From Guillardia theta CCMP2712 (Eukaryota > Protista > Cryptophyta), in the NCBI RefSeq assembly GCF_000315625.1, contig NW_005434540.1, forward strand, positions 63,625 to 127,624: a stretch of 64,000 nucleotides of DNA. The letters are read 5' to 3'. Positions 43,071 through 54,594 of the stretch are shown here, piece after piece. The notes beneath the pieces were generated by a model. That model saw only the letters and a program-made list of their open reading frames with translations. It was not told the origin of the DNA and searched no databases. The position numbers were made by a program, and so were the translations under genes. The stretch's first letter is position 1, and every line of letters starts with the position of its first letter.

Positions 43071-46000
43071 TCATTCCTCCCTTCCTGCTTCCTGTTCTTC
43101 TCGTGGCTCCTCTCGTCGCTCCTCTTCTTCTCCTTGATCCCCCATCTCCTCTCGCCCCGCATTCACCGTCGCCCGTTCCCGCAGCTCCTCCTTCACGCTG
43201 CTCAGCTCAACCTCCAGCTGCTGCCTCTTCCTCCTCTCCTCCTCCAGCTCCTTCTCAAGGCGCTTCATCCTCTTTATCGAGGTACCTGCTCTCTGCATGC
43301 TGCTGTTGCAGGCCCCATACAGGAAGACGAGGATGAGAGCGAGGATGAGAGCGAAGAAGGGATAGTTGAGCAGCAGCTCCAGCAGGTGCCAGAGGAGCTG
43401 CACGACTATGTCCCAGAAGTAGTACAAGAGGAAGAGGAAGGAGGCGAGGAAGGCAGCGGAAGCCAGCAGCGAGCTCGCGCTCCACATGATCCACTTGAGG
43501 AGGAGGAAGGAAGAAATCGACCAAGACAGCAGGAGGAAGGCTGAAACCCCCACGACGATCTTCAGCAACTGGTGGGATTTCTTCAGCTCCTCCTGCAGTT
43601 CCCCGATGACTTTCTCTTGCCTCTTCATCTTCTCCTGCGCTGTCTGCAGCTCCATCCTCAGCCTCGACAGCCTCGCCTGCTCTGCCCGCATCGCCTCCTT
43701 CATCTCCTCCCTCTGCTTCCTCCACGTCTGTGTCAGACTCTCCAGCCTCGCCTCCGCCAGGATCTCCTTCCCCTGCGCCGAGACTTCCTGTATCTCCTCC
43801 ATCCTTGCATAGACCTTGGTGGCCTCCTCCTACCACCAGAGTCAGTCATAGCGAGGAGGAGGAGGAGAAGGAGTGGGAGTAGGAGTGGGAGTGGTGGTGG
43901 GAGGAGGAGGATTGGTAGTAGTGGTAGTGGTAGTGGTAGTGGTAGTGGTACTGGTAGTAGTAGTAGTAGTAGGAGGAGGAGGAGGAGTAGGAGTAGGAGT
44001 AGGAGTAGGAGTAGTAGTAGGAGGAGTAGGAGGAGTAGTAGGAGGAGGAGGAGGATCGACCTTTTGTAGCTGCATGCTGTACTGCAGCTCGGCCTCTCGC
44101 AGCTTTATCCTCCTCTCCATCTCCTCCACCCGCCCCTGGACCTGCTCACTTGTCTCCTGCACCTGCTCGCTGGCCACTTCCACGTCCTTCACCCTCACAA
44201 TCTTCCGTGCTCGCATCCCCTCCTGCTCCGTCGTCTGACCTGAGCCAACTACCGGCGACCCCTCGATCTGCTGCTCCTCCTTCTCCACTTCGGCTCCTTC
44301 CCCTCCGCTTCCTCCTCCTGCCGTGGCAGGTAGGGAGGCAGATGAGCTGCATGCGGCAGGAGAGGAGGCGGGAGGAGGAGCGAGGAAGCTGAAGTTCAGC
44401 TCAGCAAGGGTCGAGGAGACGTTGGGGACGGGCAGGACGGTCAGTCTCTCCCTGGAGGCCGTCAGCAGGGCTCCGAACCTGCGGCAGCTGGACCTGAGCT
44501 GGGAGATAGCAGGAGGTGGTCAGTGCTCACCCGGGCTGGAGGACCTGGCGGTGCCATGCCTCCCGGAGGTCGTCGTGGATCGAGTCGATGGCGTTGAGGA
44601 GGGGGCGGAACCCCTCGTCCCCGTTCCTCCCCCCATACCTGGAGGCCAGCAAGTCGACAGCGCTCGAGTCCCAGCCCACCAGCATCCTCCTCGAGCTGCC
44701 AGCAACAGCCCACCTGAGCTGGGAACGAACTGGAGGGGCACAAAGACTCACCTGGGGTGAACCTCCAGCAGGTAGAAGGAGAAGATCCGCTCGAACAGAG
44801 CCATCTCGACCACCCTCCTTTTCTCCTTGTTCGAGTACGGGTAGAAGGGGATCCAGGCGTCCACCCTCCCTCGGAATTCAGCTCGTCCGAAGGGGTTCGA
44901 CATGCTGCTCGTCTCACGCAGCAGGTTCGTGAACTGCTCGTCGATGTCCTGCACAAGCCCCTGCTCCTCCCCGTGCGACTCGAGCTCCATCAGCTCCCGC
45001 GCTCGCTCGAGGATGATCTTGGCTCCCATGTTGGTGTTGATCAGGAACGTCGCTCGGTTCGTGGGCACGTACTGGTCCAGCTTCGTGTCCTTCAGCGCCC
45101 CGCTGGCGTCGAAAGCACTCAGCAGCACGTCCGGTATCGCTTCTGCATGCGCCTTCTCGAACTCGTCGAAGAGCACGACAGCGTCCGGATGCCGCAGCAG
45201 CGCACCAGTCAGCTGCCCCATCCCCTCGATGCCGACGGGGGGGCCGACGAGGTTGGCGGCGCTGTTCTCGTCCTTGTACTGGCCCATTGGGATCTGGACG
45301 AACTTTTTCTCTCTCAGGAGCTTCGCTGCCGACTCGTTGTGGAGGATGGAAGCAAGCTGCTTCGCCAGCTCTGTCTTGCCCGTGCCCGACGGTCCCCAGA
45401 AGACCAGGACAAGGGGCTTGTCTCTCCTGCCCCATCCCTCCAACCTGCAAGGGGCATGAAAGGAGGGAGAAGAAGGGGAGGGAAGAGGAGAGGGGGGTGG
45501 AGGAGAGGAGGAGGGGAGGAGACGGGAAAGGAGGAGAGGGGGGAGGAGAGAGAAGGAAAGAGGAGATTCAGTTTGAAGGGAGAAGGACCTGTTGCGCAGC
45601 CTGTTGGTGGATCGGCGGATGGCAAGATCTTGTCCGATGAAGGTGCGCGAGAGAGTTTGGAGGGAGAAGGAGTCTCGCGTCGACGATTCCTTCCTCTCCT
45701 TCCAACCCCGCAGACACTGCGCTAGAATCTTCCGCCGCTTCTCCATGGCATCATGACGGTCATCGGAGAGCGCAGGCGGAGACTGTGTGAGGGTCAGGAG
45801 CTTTGACTTCTGCTTCAGCAGAGGAGGAGAAAACTTGCACAGTCCTCCTTCTCTCCTTGAGAGCACACGAACGGGAGAAAGGAGCGAAAGCCTTTCTGCC
45901 AGATCACTGACTTGGTGTTGGTCTTGTAGAGGGAGGAGAGTGCGTCTGTGTCAAGGAGCTTCCTCTTGACCAGCTTCACCACCTCCTGGCTCTGCAAGCT

Positions 46001-46933
46001 CCTGCTGCTCTCGTCCTTGCACGACATCTCGTCCGCTTCCATGTCGGTGATGATAACAAACATCCAGTTCACCAGGTCGACTCCTTGCTTCGAGCATGGC
46101 GACTTGGTCCTGTCGAAGATCCTGACGAGCAGCTTCTCAAGGCTGAGCAGAGTCTCATCCCAGATCCCGTCGATCACGACGACCCGCTCACTGCATGGAG
46201 ACCTGCAGATCCACTCCATCGCTCCCTCCTTCATCATCGATAGCGCCATCACTTGATTGCAGTCTTTCTCCTCGCTCTTGATCCCCTGCGCAAGCTCCGA
46301 CGCCACCGCTCTCGCCATGCACGCCTTCTCGTTGGTCTTTGCGCCTCCGAAGTGGAGGAGAGTAGGCTCCAGCCGCCTCCTCTTCCCTCGCAAGATGTTC
46401 ATCATGTCTGAGATGCCGTTCAAAGCCAGCGGCTGGCTCTCCCCGTACTTGATCCTCAACCATCCCAGAAAGTCTCCAGCAACGAGGAGAGAGCTTCCTG
46501 CTGCATGCGAAGACGTTGCTGGTCCTGCCCCTGACGCGCCTCCTGCCGTCCACGAGTCGCTCGTCCCCCCCGAACAAGTCCGACCCTCGCACTGCTCTGC
46601 CTTGGACGAATCGATGGAGGAAGCATGTCGGAGGGAGGACGTCGAGCCTGAGAAATGTTTCGAAGTCGGCTGAAGGAGTTGATCTGCTGACGAGGATGAG
46701 GACGAAGACGGAGACACGGCCATGGCAGGTTCTGTTGAAGATTGATCGCCATGCGAGGGCGACGATACGGATGGCGAAGATGATGAGGAAGGGGACCATG
46801 CTGAAGGGGAAGGAGATGAAGTAGGGGTGAAGGAGGGAGAAGTAGAGGAGGTAGAGGAGGGATGAGGGGAGGGGCTTATGGGAGGGGGCAGGAGGAGGAG
46901 GAGGAGAGTGAACAGCAGTACCATCGCCGCCAT
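43071..46933 (-). CDS. Signal peptide - degenerate AAA+ - ClpB-NBD2/Skd3/torsin-like AAA+ - coiled coil - 3-4 TM - coiled coil protein
   Basis: FIGQDLAI, PLVLVFWGPSGTGKTELAK, VVLFDEFEKAH, FLINTNMG, AEFRGRVD; an earlier degenerate copy (ESQPLAL..LLHFGGAKTNEK..VVVIDG); downstream exons continue into a coiled coil and hydrophobic helices. Confidence 0.75.
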
Positions 46934-47333
46934 TGCAGGCGGGCACAACTTGCTAAGAACACCTGGGGACGGGTTGATATAATATTTACCAGGTAGGGGT
47001 ACTTAAAATACCGGTGCTAAAATGAATCATTCCTCTTCGGAAGTGGGGTGGTACATTTTCTCAATATGCTGGGGTGGTGTTGCGAAGGGGGTGGGGGTAT
47101 GCAGATTGAAAATGCATTCCAAATAGACACTGACCCGACTGAGAAGCGATGAGAGGAGAGGGAGGAGGGGGAGGAAGAGAGGGAGGAGGGGGAAGAGGAT
47201 AGGAAGAGGAGGGAGGGAGGGAGGGAGACAGAAGAGACAACAGAGGAAGAAGAGAGGAGGGAGGGAGGAGGGAGGAGGGAGGGGAGAGAGGGGGATATCT
47301 TTGTTTTCAGGAGTCCCTGCTCCCTGGCTTGGC

Positions 47334-48331
47334 ATGGGCAATTACGCTTCATGCTGTAGAATATCTCAAGAGCAGGGAGACGAGCGTCCTCCGCCATGGC
47401 TGGTAGAAGGACAGAAGGCACCTCTGATATCCGACGCTATGAACGAGGACTACAAGAAGGCTGTCAGCCCTACCAGAGAGCATGCGATAGAAAAGTTCTT
47501 CCATGATGCTCTTCTCCAAGGCAAACCCGACGAGGACGAGCGCGAGTTGCCATACTTGCATGTGGCGGACGAGGGCGAGGAGGAAGCGGTGAGTGACGAC
47601 AGGAGCAGAGACGAAACCTTCGACAAGTTCCTTGACTCCATCCTCGACCGATGCTTCCTGATCTGCAGAGAGGACGAGGTGCTTCTGTGCGTGCGGGTCG
47701 TCTCCTGCTAACGAGCAGGTGCAGTGGCTCAGGTGGAAGGCATCGGGGAAGGTAGGAAGGAGGAGCAGCCTCCTAGTCCCGCCATCGAGGCTCGTTGCTC
47801 TCCTCCGCCTCCCAGACCTGGATCGCTCCCGGAACGAGACGGCAGTCGTCCTTGACCTCGACCTGCAGCCGGATATGTTCACCATCTCCGATCGCAACGT
47901 CCTGCTGGTGGCGCCGTTAAGTCTCCACCTCGTCCGCGTCGTCTACAAGCTCAACGATGTCGCCGACATGCTTCAGGGAGAGAGGAGGGTGAGGAGGTTG
48001 ACTAGGGAGCCCCTGGCGTCTTCTGCAAGCACTCATAGGGGAGAGGAGGACACAGTGGAGGAGGAGCGTCCAGCTCGGCAGGAGCTGGAGCTGGTGATGA
48101 ATGAGTACTCGTGGATCCTTGACGACTTCGAGCGGAAGAGGTTCGGAAGGAGCGGAGGGATGGAACGGAAGAGATTCGATCCTCAGTCACTCAGCCGACC
48201 CGTGCGGGATTTCTCAGCTTCGAGGTGAGGTTGACAAGTTTGACAAGTTTGACACTCGTTCATGTTCTCACATGCTCTTCAGGGGTACTTCTAATCCAAC
48301 GTTCCCAGAAGTCGTCAGGACCAGGAGGTAG
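47334..48331 (+). CDS. Hypothetical protein with a likely N-myristoylation/palmitoylation start (MGNYASCC)
   Basis: MG..S/CC N-terminus; short GT-AG introns; 3' end approximate. Confidence 0.55.
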
Positions 48332-48420
48332 CCCAGCTGATAGCCGAGCTGGGACCCTCTCAATCCTTTAAACCTCCGGGTTCCCTGTTAACTCTCCTCC
48401 CGATCTCTCTGCGTCCTCCT

Positions 48421-51400
48421 CTACTTCTTCAGCTTCTTGTCCAGCTTGTCCATCAGGTGGGCGTTAACGGCCTGCAGCTGAGTGTTGACGTCAATCAGCT
48501 TCTTGTTCTCCTCTTTGAGCTGCCGGCACTCGTCCGCCAGCTCAACCTTCTCCTCCTCCAGCTCGTTGAGGACGCTGTCAAGGTTGGCAAGCTGACGGTT
48601 CAGAGTCTCTGACAGTTGTCGACTCTCGTTGAGCTTTGTGGCGAGACTGGACAAGTCCCGCACCTCCTGCTCCAGGGCAGCTGCCCTCTCCTCCGCCTCT
48701 TCCACCGCTCCCTGTAAGTCTTCACAGCGAAGGCAGTGCAGTTCCTTCCAGGCTGTCGTCGGAGACATCTCCACCTCCTCCCCATCCTCGTTCGTCACTC
48801 GGTCCATGATCCGCCCCACGTCCTTCTTGACAGACTCCAGCTCCCCTGTCAGCACCTCCACGCCTCGTGCGACCTTGGAGCGTAACTTGGCTTCTCCCAG
48901 GAGGGGCCCAGCAGTTCCTGCCTTCTCCACCCAGCGGCGATTCGTCCACTCGATCCGGCAGTCTTCGATTATTCCTTCCATGCGCAGACATTCTTTCTGG
49001 ACATGGATCAGCTCGCCGAGCAGAAAGTCGATGTCGACATTGTCCTCCTCCATAATCGCCAGGATCCGAAGCTTCTGAAGCTGCAGAACTTCTTCCAGGT
49101 CTTCCAAGGCAGAGGAGATCACCCCGGGCAAGAGCGGGCCAACGGCCGACTGGCTCTCGATGGCCCGGCCTGCAGCCCCCCCCCTCGTCAAGAGTTCAGC
49201 AGCCGCGAGCAGACCTCCTGCCTCTTCCGCGATATCCTTGAGGATTTCTTGTATCGCAGGAACCAGCGAGAAAGCTCTCTGGATTGAGAAGATTCTCTGC
49301 TGCAAGTCAGCTTCGGGGACAGCCTTGCCTGACACAGAGGCTCCCCTGTCAAAGGCTTCAACACCACCTTCACCTCCTTCCGCAGGTCGGGACACTTGCT
49401 CGTCATGGTCCGCCATATCCGCCATCATCGAGTCCAGCATGTTGTCCACCTGCAGCCTCGAGTCGCTCAGGCTCTCCTGCCTCTTCACCTGCGTCACATC
49501 CCGCGAGAGGTTCAAATTTTCTGCTTCGCGGGATGGAGGGAGAGGGGGTCCCCCGAAGGCGAGCGAGGGGGGCTTGTTTGGACTCGCCTCTTGGTATATT
49601 TGAGCCTTGACTAGAGTTTCCCTGCTGTTCATGATGATCTCCGAGACTTCTGCCGTCACCGACTGCAATTCTCTCCTCACAAGATCCATGCTCGTGCGCA
49701 GGTGCGGGGACTTGAAGAAGTCTCTGCAGGCAGTAGCAAGGGGAAGATCTCTAGAAAGAGCGTCGTACTCGACACTCTCGTCTCCATTCCCTGCCAACAC
49801 CTCTAGGATCCTGTACTTGTTGTTCTCATTGTGCAGGAGAAGGTTTCCAAAGCGGACATGAAAGTCCTTTACAATCTCCTTGCATTCAGCGATGATGTAC
49901 TCCCTCTCGCGTGGAGTGTGATAGACTTGATGATTGTTGTATTCGAGGACAAAGCGCTCGTTGAGTAGCTCGAAAGCATCGCTTGCTTGCTTCAGCACAC
50001 GGTCATGACGTTGAAACAGCAGCTGAATCTGCAGCTCCTTCGTCGTCAGCATCTTTATCAGGCGATAGCAGACTGTCTTCATCTCTTCCTCCCTGCCATC
50101 ACTTGACTTGCTCTCCTTCATCCACCAGCTGATCCGTCGCTCCCAAGAGAGCGTGCTGATCTCATTTTTCAACCTCTCACACTCCCTCTTCCAGTAGACC
50201 AGCTCGTCAAACGCCACTCGCTCACTTCGGAGGCGCGACATGCTCTGTGCTGCAAGTTCAGCTGCAGCAACTGCTGCTCCCGCTTTCTCCAGGTCGTCAC
50301 GGTTCTCTCTCAGCAGATCTCCCAGCTCCTCTGACTTCCTGTTGAGATATTGCCTGCAAGTCTTCAGTTCCTCCTCCAGCGTTTTCTTCCCTTGTAGAGC
50401 TTTCTGCAATTCAACGTTCAAGTTATCTAGATCTTCCTGCAGCTGCTGGATCTTATCCACATACACGAGCTCTGGCACCACCACGTCTGCTATGAGCTCT
50501 TCTTGCTTCTCTTGAACCTGCTCAGTTGTTTGTCCTTTTTCCTGCTCTTGGGCCTGCTCTGATGTATGCTGTTCTTTCTCTACACGAAAGTGCTCGATTG
50601 TTTGAACTGCTTTGTTCACGTGAACATGTTCTTTGTCTTTCTTCACTGGAACCTGTTCTGTTTTGAGCTCATCATACTTCCTGTCGACTACTTCTTCTGT
50701 AATGTGTTCTTGTTTCTTGACGTCGTCCTCTTCTTCTCCACCTTCCTCTGGACTTGCAGCTCTGACCCCATCAGCCCTGCGTCTGATCTGCAATCCTTCA
50801 GCCCCTTTCATCTCTTCCTTCACGAGCTGATCCATTTCATCTTTGACCCGCTGCAAGTCTGCATAGAGGGCCACAATCTCCAGCTCAATCTTCACCTTGT
50901 CAATCTGACGACGCTGCCCGTCATTCGGTTCCCTGTAGCGCCAGGAAGCGAAAGCTCTACCCAACAAGCTCGCTCTCCCCCGCTCCTCCCTGCGCATGAC
51001 GGCCAGTGACATTGACTTTGACCGGGCAGCATGAAAAGACCATATAGCAAGCGCCCTTCTCTTCAAGTTCATCCTCGACCTCCTTGACAGCAGTGACGCC
51101 ACTTTCTTGACCTGCTCAGGTACCAGGACACTATGGCGCCAGGAGGCGAAGGCGTTAGACTTGTCGACACGGTCCCATCGCTGATTGATCAGGAGCTTGA
51201 CAGCATGCTTGTACTTCGCCAACTTCTTTCCTTGCTCGTCCAGAGCCTCTTGAAAGTGAACAAGGGAAGTATCCAGTGTGCCGCAGAAGGTCGAGTCACC
51301 ATCCTTGTTCACTCTTCTGATCAGCTCGTTGTCTTCCTCGATGATCGCTCTTGCAACCTCTCGGTATGAGCTGATCTTGTCCTCGAACCCTCTCCCCAAG

Positions 51401-51522
51401 GAGGCAAGGGAGCTCTGGGCTCGTCCTACCATGGGCGATCCTCTCTCATGCAGGACCCTCCTGACAGCCGAGGATCTCCTGATCGCATCCTCTGCCGCCC
51501 GGTGCAGCCGTTGCGTGCTCAT
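48421..51522 (-). CDS. 1033-aa coiled-coil protein with Sfi1-like Trp repeats
   Basis: Single long ORF; AFASWR, RALAIWS and RAFASWR repeats; extensive heptads. Confidence 0.8.
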   Translation of the reverse strand: MSTQRLHRAAEDAIRRSSAVRRVLHERGSPMVGRAQSSLASLGRGFEDKISSYREVARAIIEEDNELIRRVNKDGDSTFCGTLDTSLVHFQEALDEQGKKLAKYKHAVKLLINQRWDRVDKSNAFASWRHSVLVPEQVKKVASLLSRRSRMNLKRRALAIWSFHAARSKSMSLAVMRREERGRASLLGRAFASWRYREPNDGQRRQIDKVKIELEIVALYADLQRVKDEMDQLVKEEMKGAEGLQIRRRADGVRAASPEEGGEEEDDVKKQEHITEEVVDRKYDELKTEQVPVKKDKEHVHVNKAVQTIEHFRVEKEQHTSEQAQEQEKGQTTEQVQEKQEELIADVVVPELVYVDKIQQLQEDLDNLNVELQKALQGKKTLEEELKTCRQYLNRKSEELGDLLRENRDDLEKAGAAVAAAELAAQSMSRLRSERVAFDELVYWKRECERLKNEISTLSWERRISWWMKESKSSDGREEEMKTVCYRLIKMLTTKELQIQLLFQRHDRVLKQASDAFELLNERFVLEYNNHQVYHTPREREYIIAECKEIVKDFHVRFGNLLLHNENNKYRILEVLAGNGDESVEYDALSRDLPLATACRDFFKSPHLRTSMDLVRRELQSVTAEVSEIIMNSRETLVKAQIYQEASPNKPPSLAFGGPPLPPSREAENLNLSRDVTQVKRQESLSDSRLQVDNMLDSMMADMADHDEQVSRPAEGGEGGVEAFDRGASVSGKAVPEADLQQRIFSIQRAFSLVPAIQEILKDIAEEAGGLLAAAELLTRGGAAGRAIESQSAVGPLLPGVISSALEDLEEVLQLQKLRILAIMEEDNVDIDFLLGELIHVQKECLRMEGIIEDCRIEWTNRRWVEKAGTAGPLLGEAKLRSKVARGVEVLTGELESVKKDVGRIMDRVTNEDGEEVEMSPTTAWKELHCLRCEDLQGAVEEAEERAAALEQEVRDLSSLATKLNESRQLSETLNRQLANLDSVLNELEEEKVELADECRQLKEENKKLIDVNTQLQAVNAHLMDKLDKKLKK

Positions 51523-52065
51523 CTCAATGACGCCTTGCAGGGCATGTCTTGTGTGATTGGAGAAGATGGAGGAAACTTGTCCTCTGCCTCCTCCCCACTC
51601 CCACTACGATCTCCCTCCTCCTCCTCCTCCTCCTCCTCCTCCTCCTCCTCCTCCTCCTCCTCCTCCCTCTTCTTCTCTCGCCTCTTCTTCCCCCTCCTCG
51701 CTATCAACTCAGTTCCTCATTTCCATCTCCCGCCATTTCTCCTTGAAGCCCTTCCATCACACGGCTCACCCCCACCTCTGCTACGAGTACCCCACCCCAA
51801 TTTCAACCATAGTTATTCGGATAGATCAGAAATGTCACCATCCAATGGAGTACCCCTACCCCTACTCATGTCGACCCTACCCCCATCACAATTCCCGCCC
51901 GGTCGCAGCATATGGCAGGTTCAAGAGCAGGAGGCAAGGGAAGGGAAGGAGGGAAGAAGTGAGGAGGAGGAGGAGGAGGAGGAGGAGGAGGAGGAGAAGT
52001 AGGAGGAGGAGGAAGAGGAGGAGGAGGAGGAGTCAAGAAACAACAGAAGAGAGAAAGAAGGAATA

Positions 52066-52266
52066 ATGAGCTTCTCAGTTGATACAGAGGAACTTCGTCG
52101 AATTTTGAGGCAGGATAGGCAGTTGAGATCAAAACGACCAGCAGCGACCAAGGAGGGTGAGAATGCAAGAGCAAGTGTCTCCTCTGTGACTCTTGTCAGC
52201 TACGATGAGTTCATCAAATCACGAACGACAGCGTTTCAGCACAGCAACAGCAACAGCGATAGTAAA

Positions 52267-52332
<66 letters not shown>

Positions 52333-54204
52333 CATCTGAAGGGGGTGAATCACAACGATTCTGCATCGCATTTATCCCTCAAGGCGAGACAAGAGGAGCA
52401 AGTCAACGGAAGTGCAGGAAAGACTTTCAAGCAAAGTTTCTTAGAGACAGGGAGCAAGTTGACTGCGGGGACGTACCGAGTCACGGAGAGGGAAGAGGCA
52501 AAGGATCCAGAAGCAGCAGGGAAGTCGAGCGTAGGCAAGAGAGAGCACGGAGGTTCTGCGAGAGCCGCCAAGCAAGTTCTCCAGGTGTTTCAAAGTTTCT
52601 TGCCTAAGAGTGAGGATGAGGAGGATGAGGAGGAGAAGAAAGGCGAGAAGGATCTTTGGCGTGGTCGTTCCTATCCGCAGCAGCAGTACCAGCAGTGGAA
52701 GAAGGAGGAGGCAGAGGAGGTCAAGGAGGAGGAGGTCAACGGGAAGGTCAAGGAGGAGGAGGTCAACGGGAAGGACAAGGAGGAGCAGGAAGACTTCATT
52801 CCTCCTCCGCTCTCTCATGCTCGCAACTGGAACCTCAGCCCTATAGAGCGTCGGTCTCGCAGCCCCGACATGACCGCCTACAATCCTTCCTCCCGCCTCA
52901 CCACCCATCGATTCTCCAGCCCTCCAGGCGTCGACGACGAGGGCAACGACCGTCACAATGGCCGCGCAAGCAGCAGAGGGCTGGCAGGACGCGGACGATC
53001 GACGCTCGCCGCTGCTCTTCGCGGCTGCCTCGTGCGTCGACGGATGAGACTTCCGGCAGCAAAGCAGATCATGGAGAAGATCCGAGAGGCAAACAGGCTG
53101 CACCTGGAGATGCAGGAGGAGATGGAGGCAGGGAGCGCCAACGAGGTCGAAGTTCAGATCCTGAGGCAGCTGGAAGGGACGAGGATCGCTGCTGTCGACG
53201 AGCTCTCCCACTTCCTGCTTCACCCAGACGTCGCTGCGGCCCTCAGCAAGCCTACCAACATGAGGAAGGACAAGTCCTTTCTCCGCAAGGGGCAAGGGCG
53301 AGTTGCTGTCCCCCTGGACAAGTTCAAGGCGTCAGGAGCTGTAGAGCCTTCCAAGGAGGGGCAGGTGAGCGGCAAGGGCAGAGACAGGAAGCCAGGAAAG
53401 TCTCGTGCTGAGGAGGAGGAACAAGAGCCTGCAAGGCAAAGTCTCCCTCCCCAGCAGAGCAACAGAGCTGATGTTGAGATTTCCAGTAAGCCGCAAACAA
53501 GGCATGAAGCGGCAGAAGAGCAAGAGACGCCTCCGCCCCCCCCAAACGTGCGCGAGCTACGTGGGCAAGTCAGTCTGAAGCACATCGCGCGCAAGGAGGA
53601 GGAGGAGGAGGAGGAGACTGAGGCTCCTCCTGCTGCTACGTCGGGGTCTCAATCTAGAAAGAAAGCGAAGCCGTACTTGAAGCGAAGGTCACAGACGGTC
53701 CTGACGAACAAGAAGGTAGACGTGAGTCACGTCAAGAGCAAGGTAGACGCCAAGTTCAAATCCCGCGCAACACCTCAGGCTCCTCGTACCTTCCCACGAG
53801 ACGAGAAGCTCGATCCTCTCGTCGCCGCCTCCTCCCTGCTCCATCGCAGCGACACGAGCGGGGGCAGCAGCCATCGCTCTTACGGGGATGAAGAGGCGCA
53901 ACACGTCCAGGAGCAGCCCAGCAGCCACGTCTTCGCAGCTTCAGCTGCCATCGCCGACCTGGAGTTCCTGCTGGAGCAGCTCCATGACTCGTCCTTGGGC
54001 TACCTGGACGTTGACGGGCGGCTCCTCCCCCACCCCCACGTCTTCCCGGAAGAGCCCAGCAGAATCCCTCGGCTTGTCAAAGACTCTGTGTTCTTCCGTG
54101 TGCTGAATGACAGGGAGCGCGCTGCTGAATGCCAGCTGGCAAAGTCGGCGTTGAGCTTGACAGGTCCAGACGCCCTCGCGTTTGATCGGATCGTGACAGA
54201 CTGA
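52066..54204 (+). CDS. 712-aa low-complexity protein with an IQ-like motif
   Basis: Long ORF; (NS)n tract; LAAALRGCLVRRRM. Confidence 0.75.
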
Positions 54205-54594
54205 AATGAGTTTGACAAGTCTGATAAGTAGTAGAAGAATGAAAGGTATGTTACGAGTTTACTTGGATTGCTGTACATGGGACCAAGGAAAGATGAATGG
54301 AAAGGGGGACGGAGGGAGCAACATCCAGAGGACGGGAAAGGCGAGCATGGAGAGCAAGGGGTTTGGGCAAGAAAACAGAGTGAAGAATAGCAGTTGAAGA
54401 CATTCAGGTGGAAGGAGGAACGCATGGGGAGAGTAGCAGAGGAACATTGTGGGATGGGAGGGCTAGAGGAGAGGGAGAGCGCGATGCAGGAGAGAGAGGG
54501 GGGGAGAGAGAGAACATGAGAAGCTGATACAAGTGAGGGAGAGAGCATGGAGCAGGAGCATGGTAGAAGAGCAGCAGGAAGCGGCTTCCTCCTC

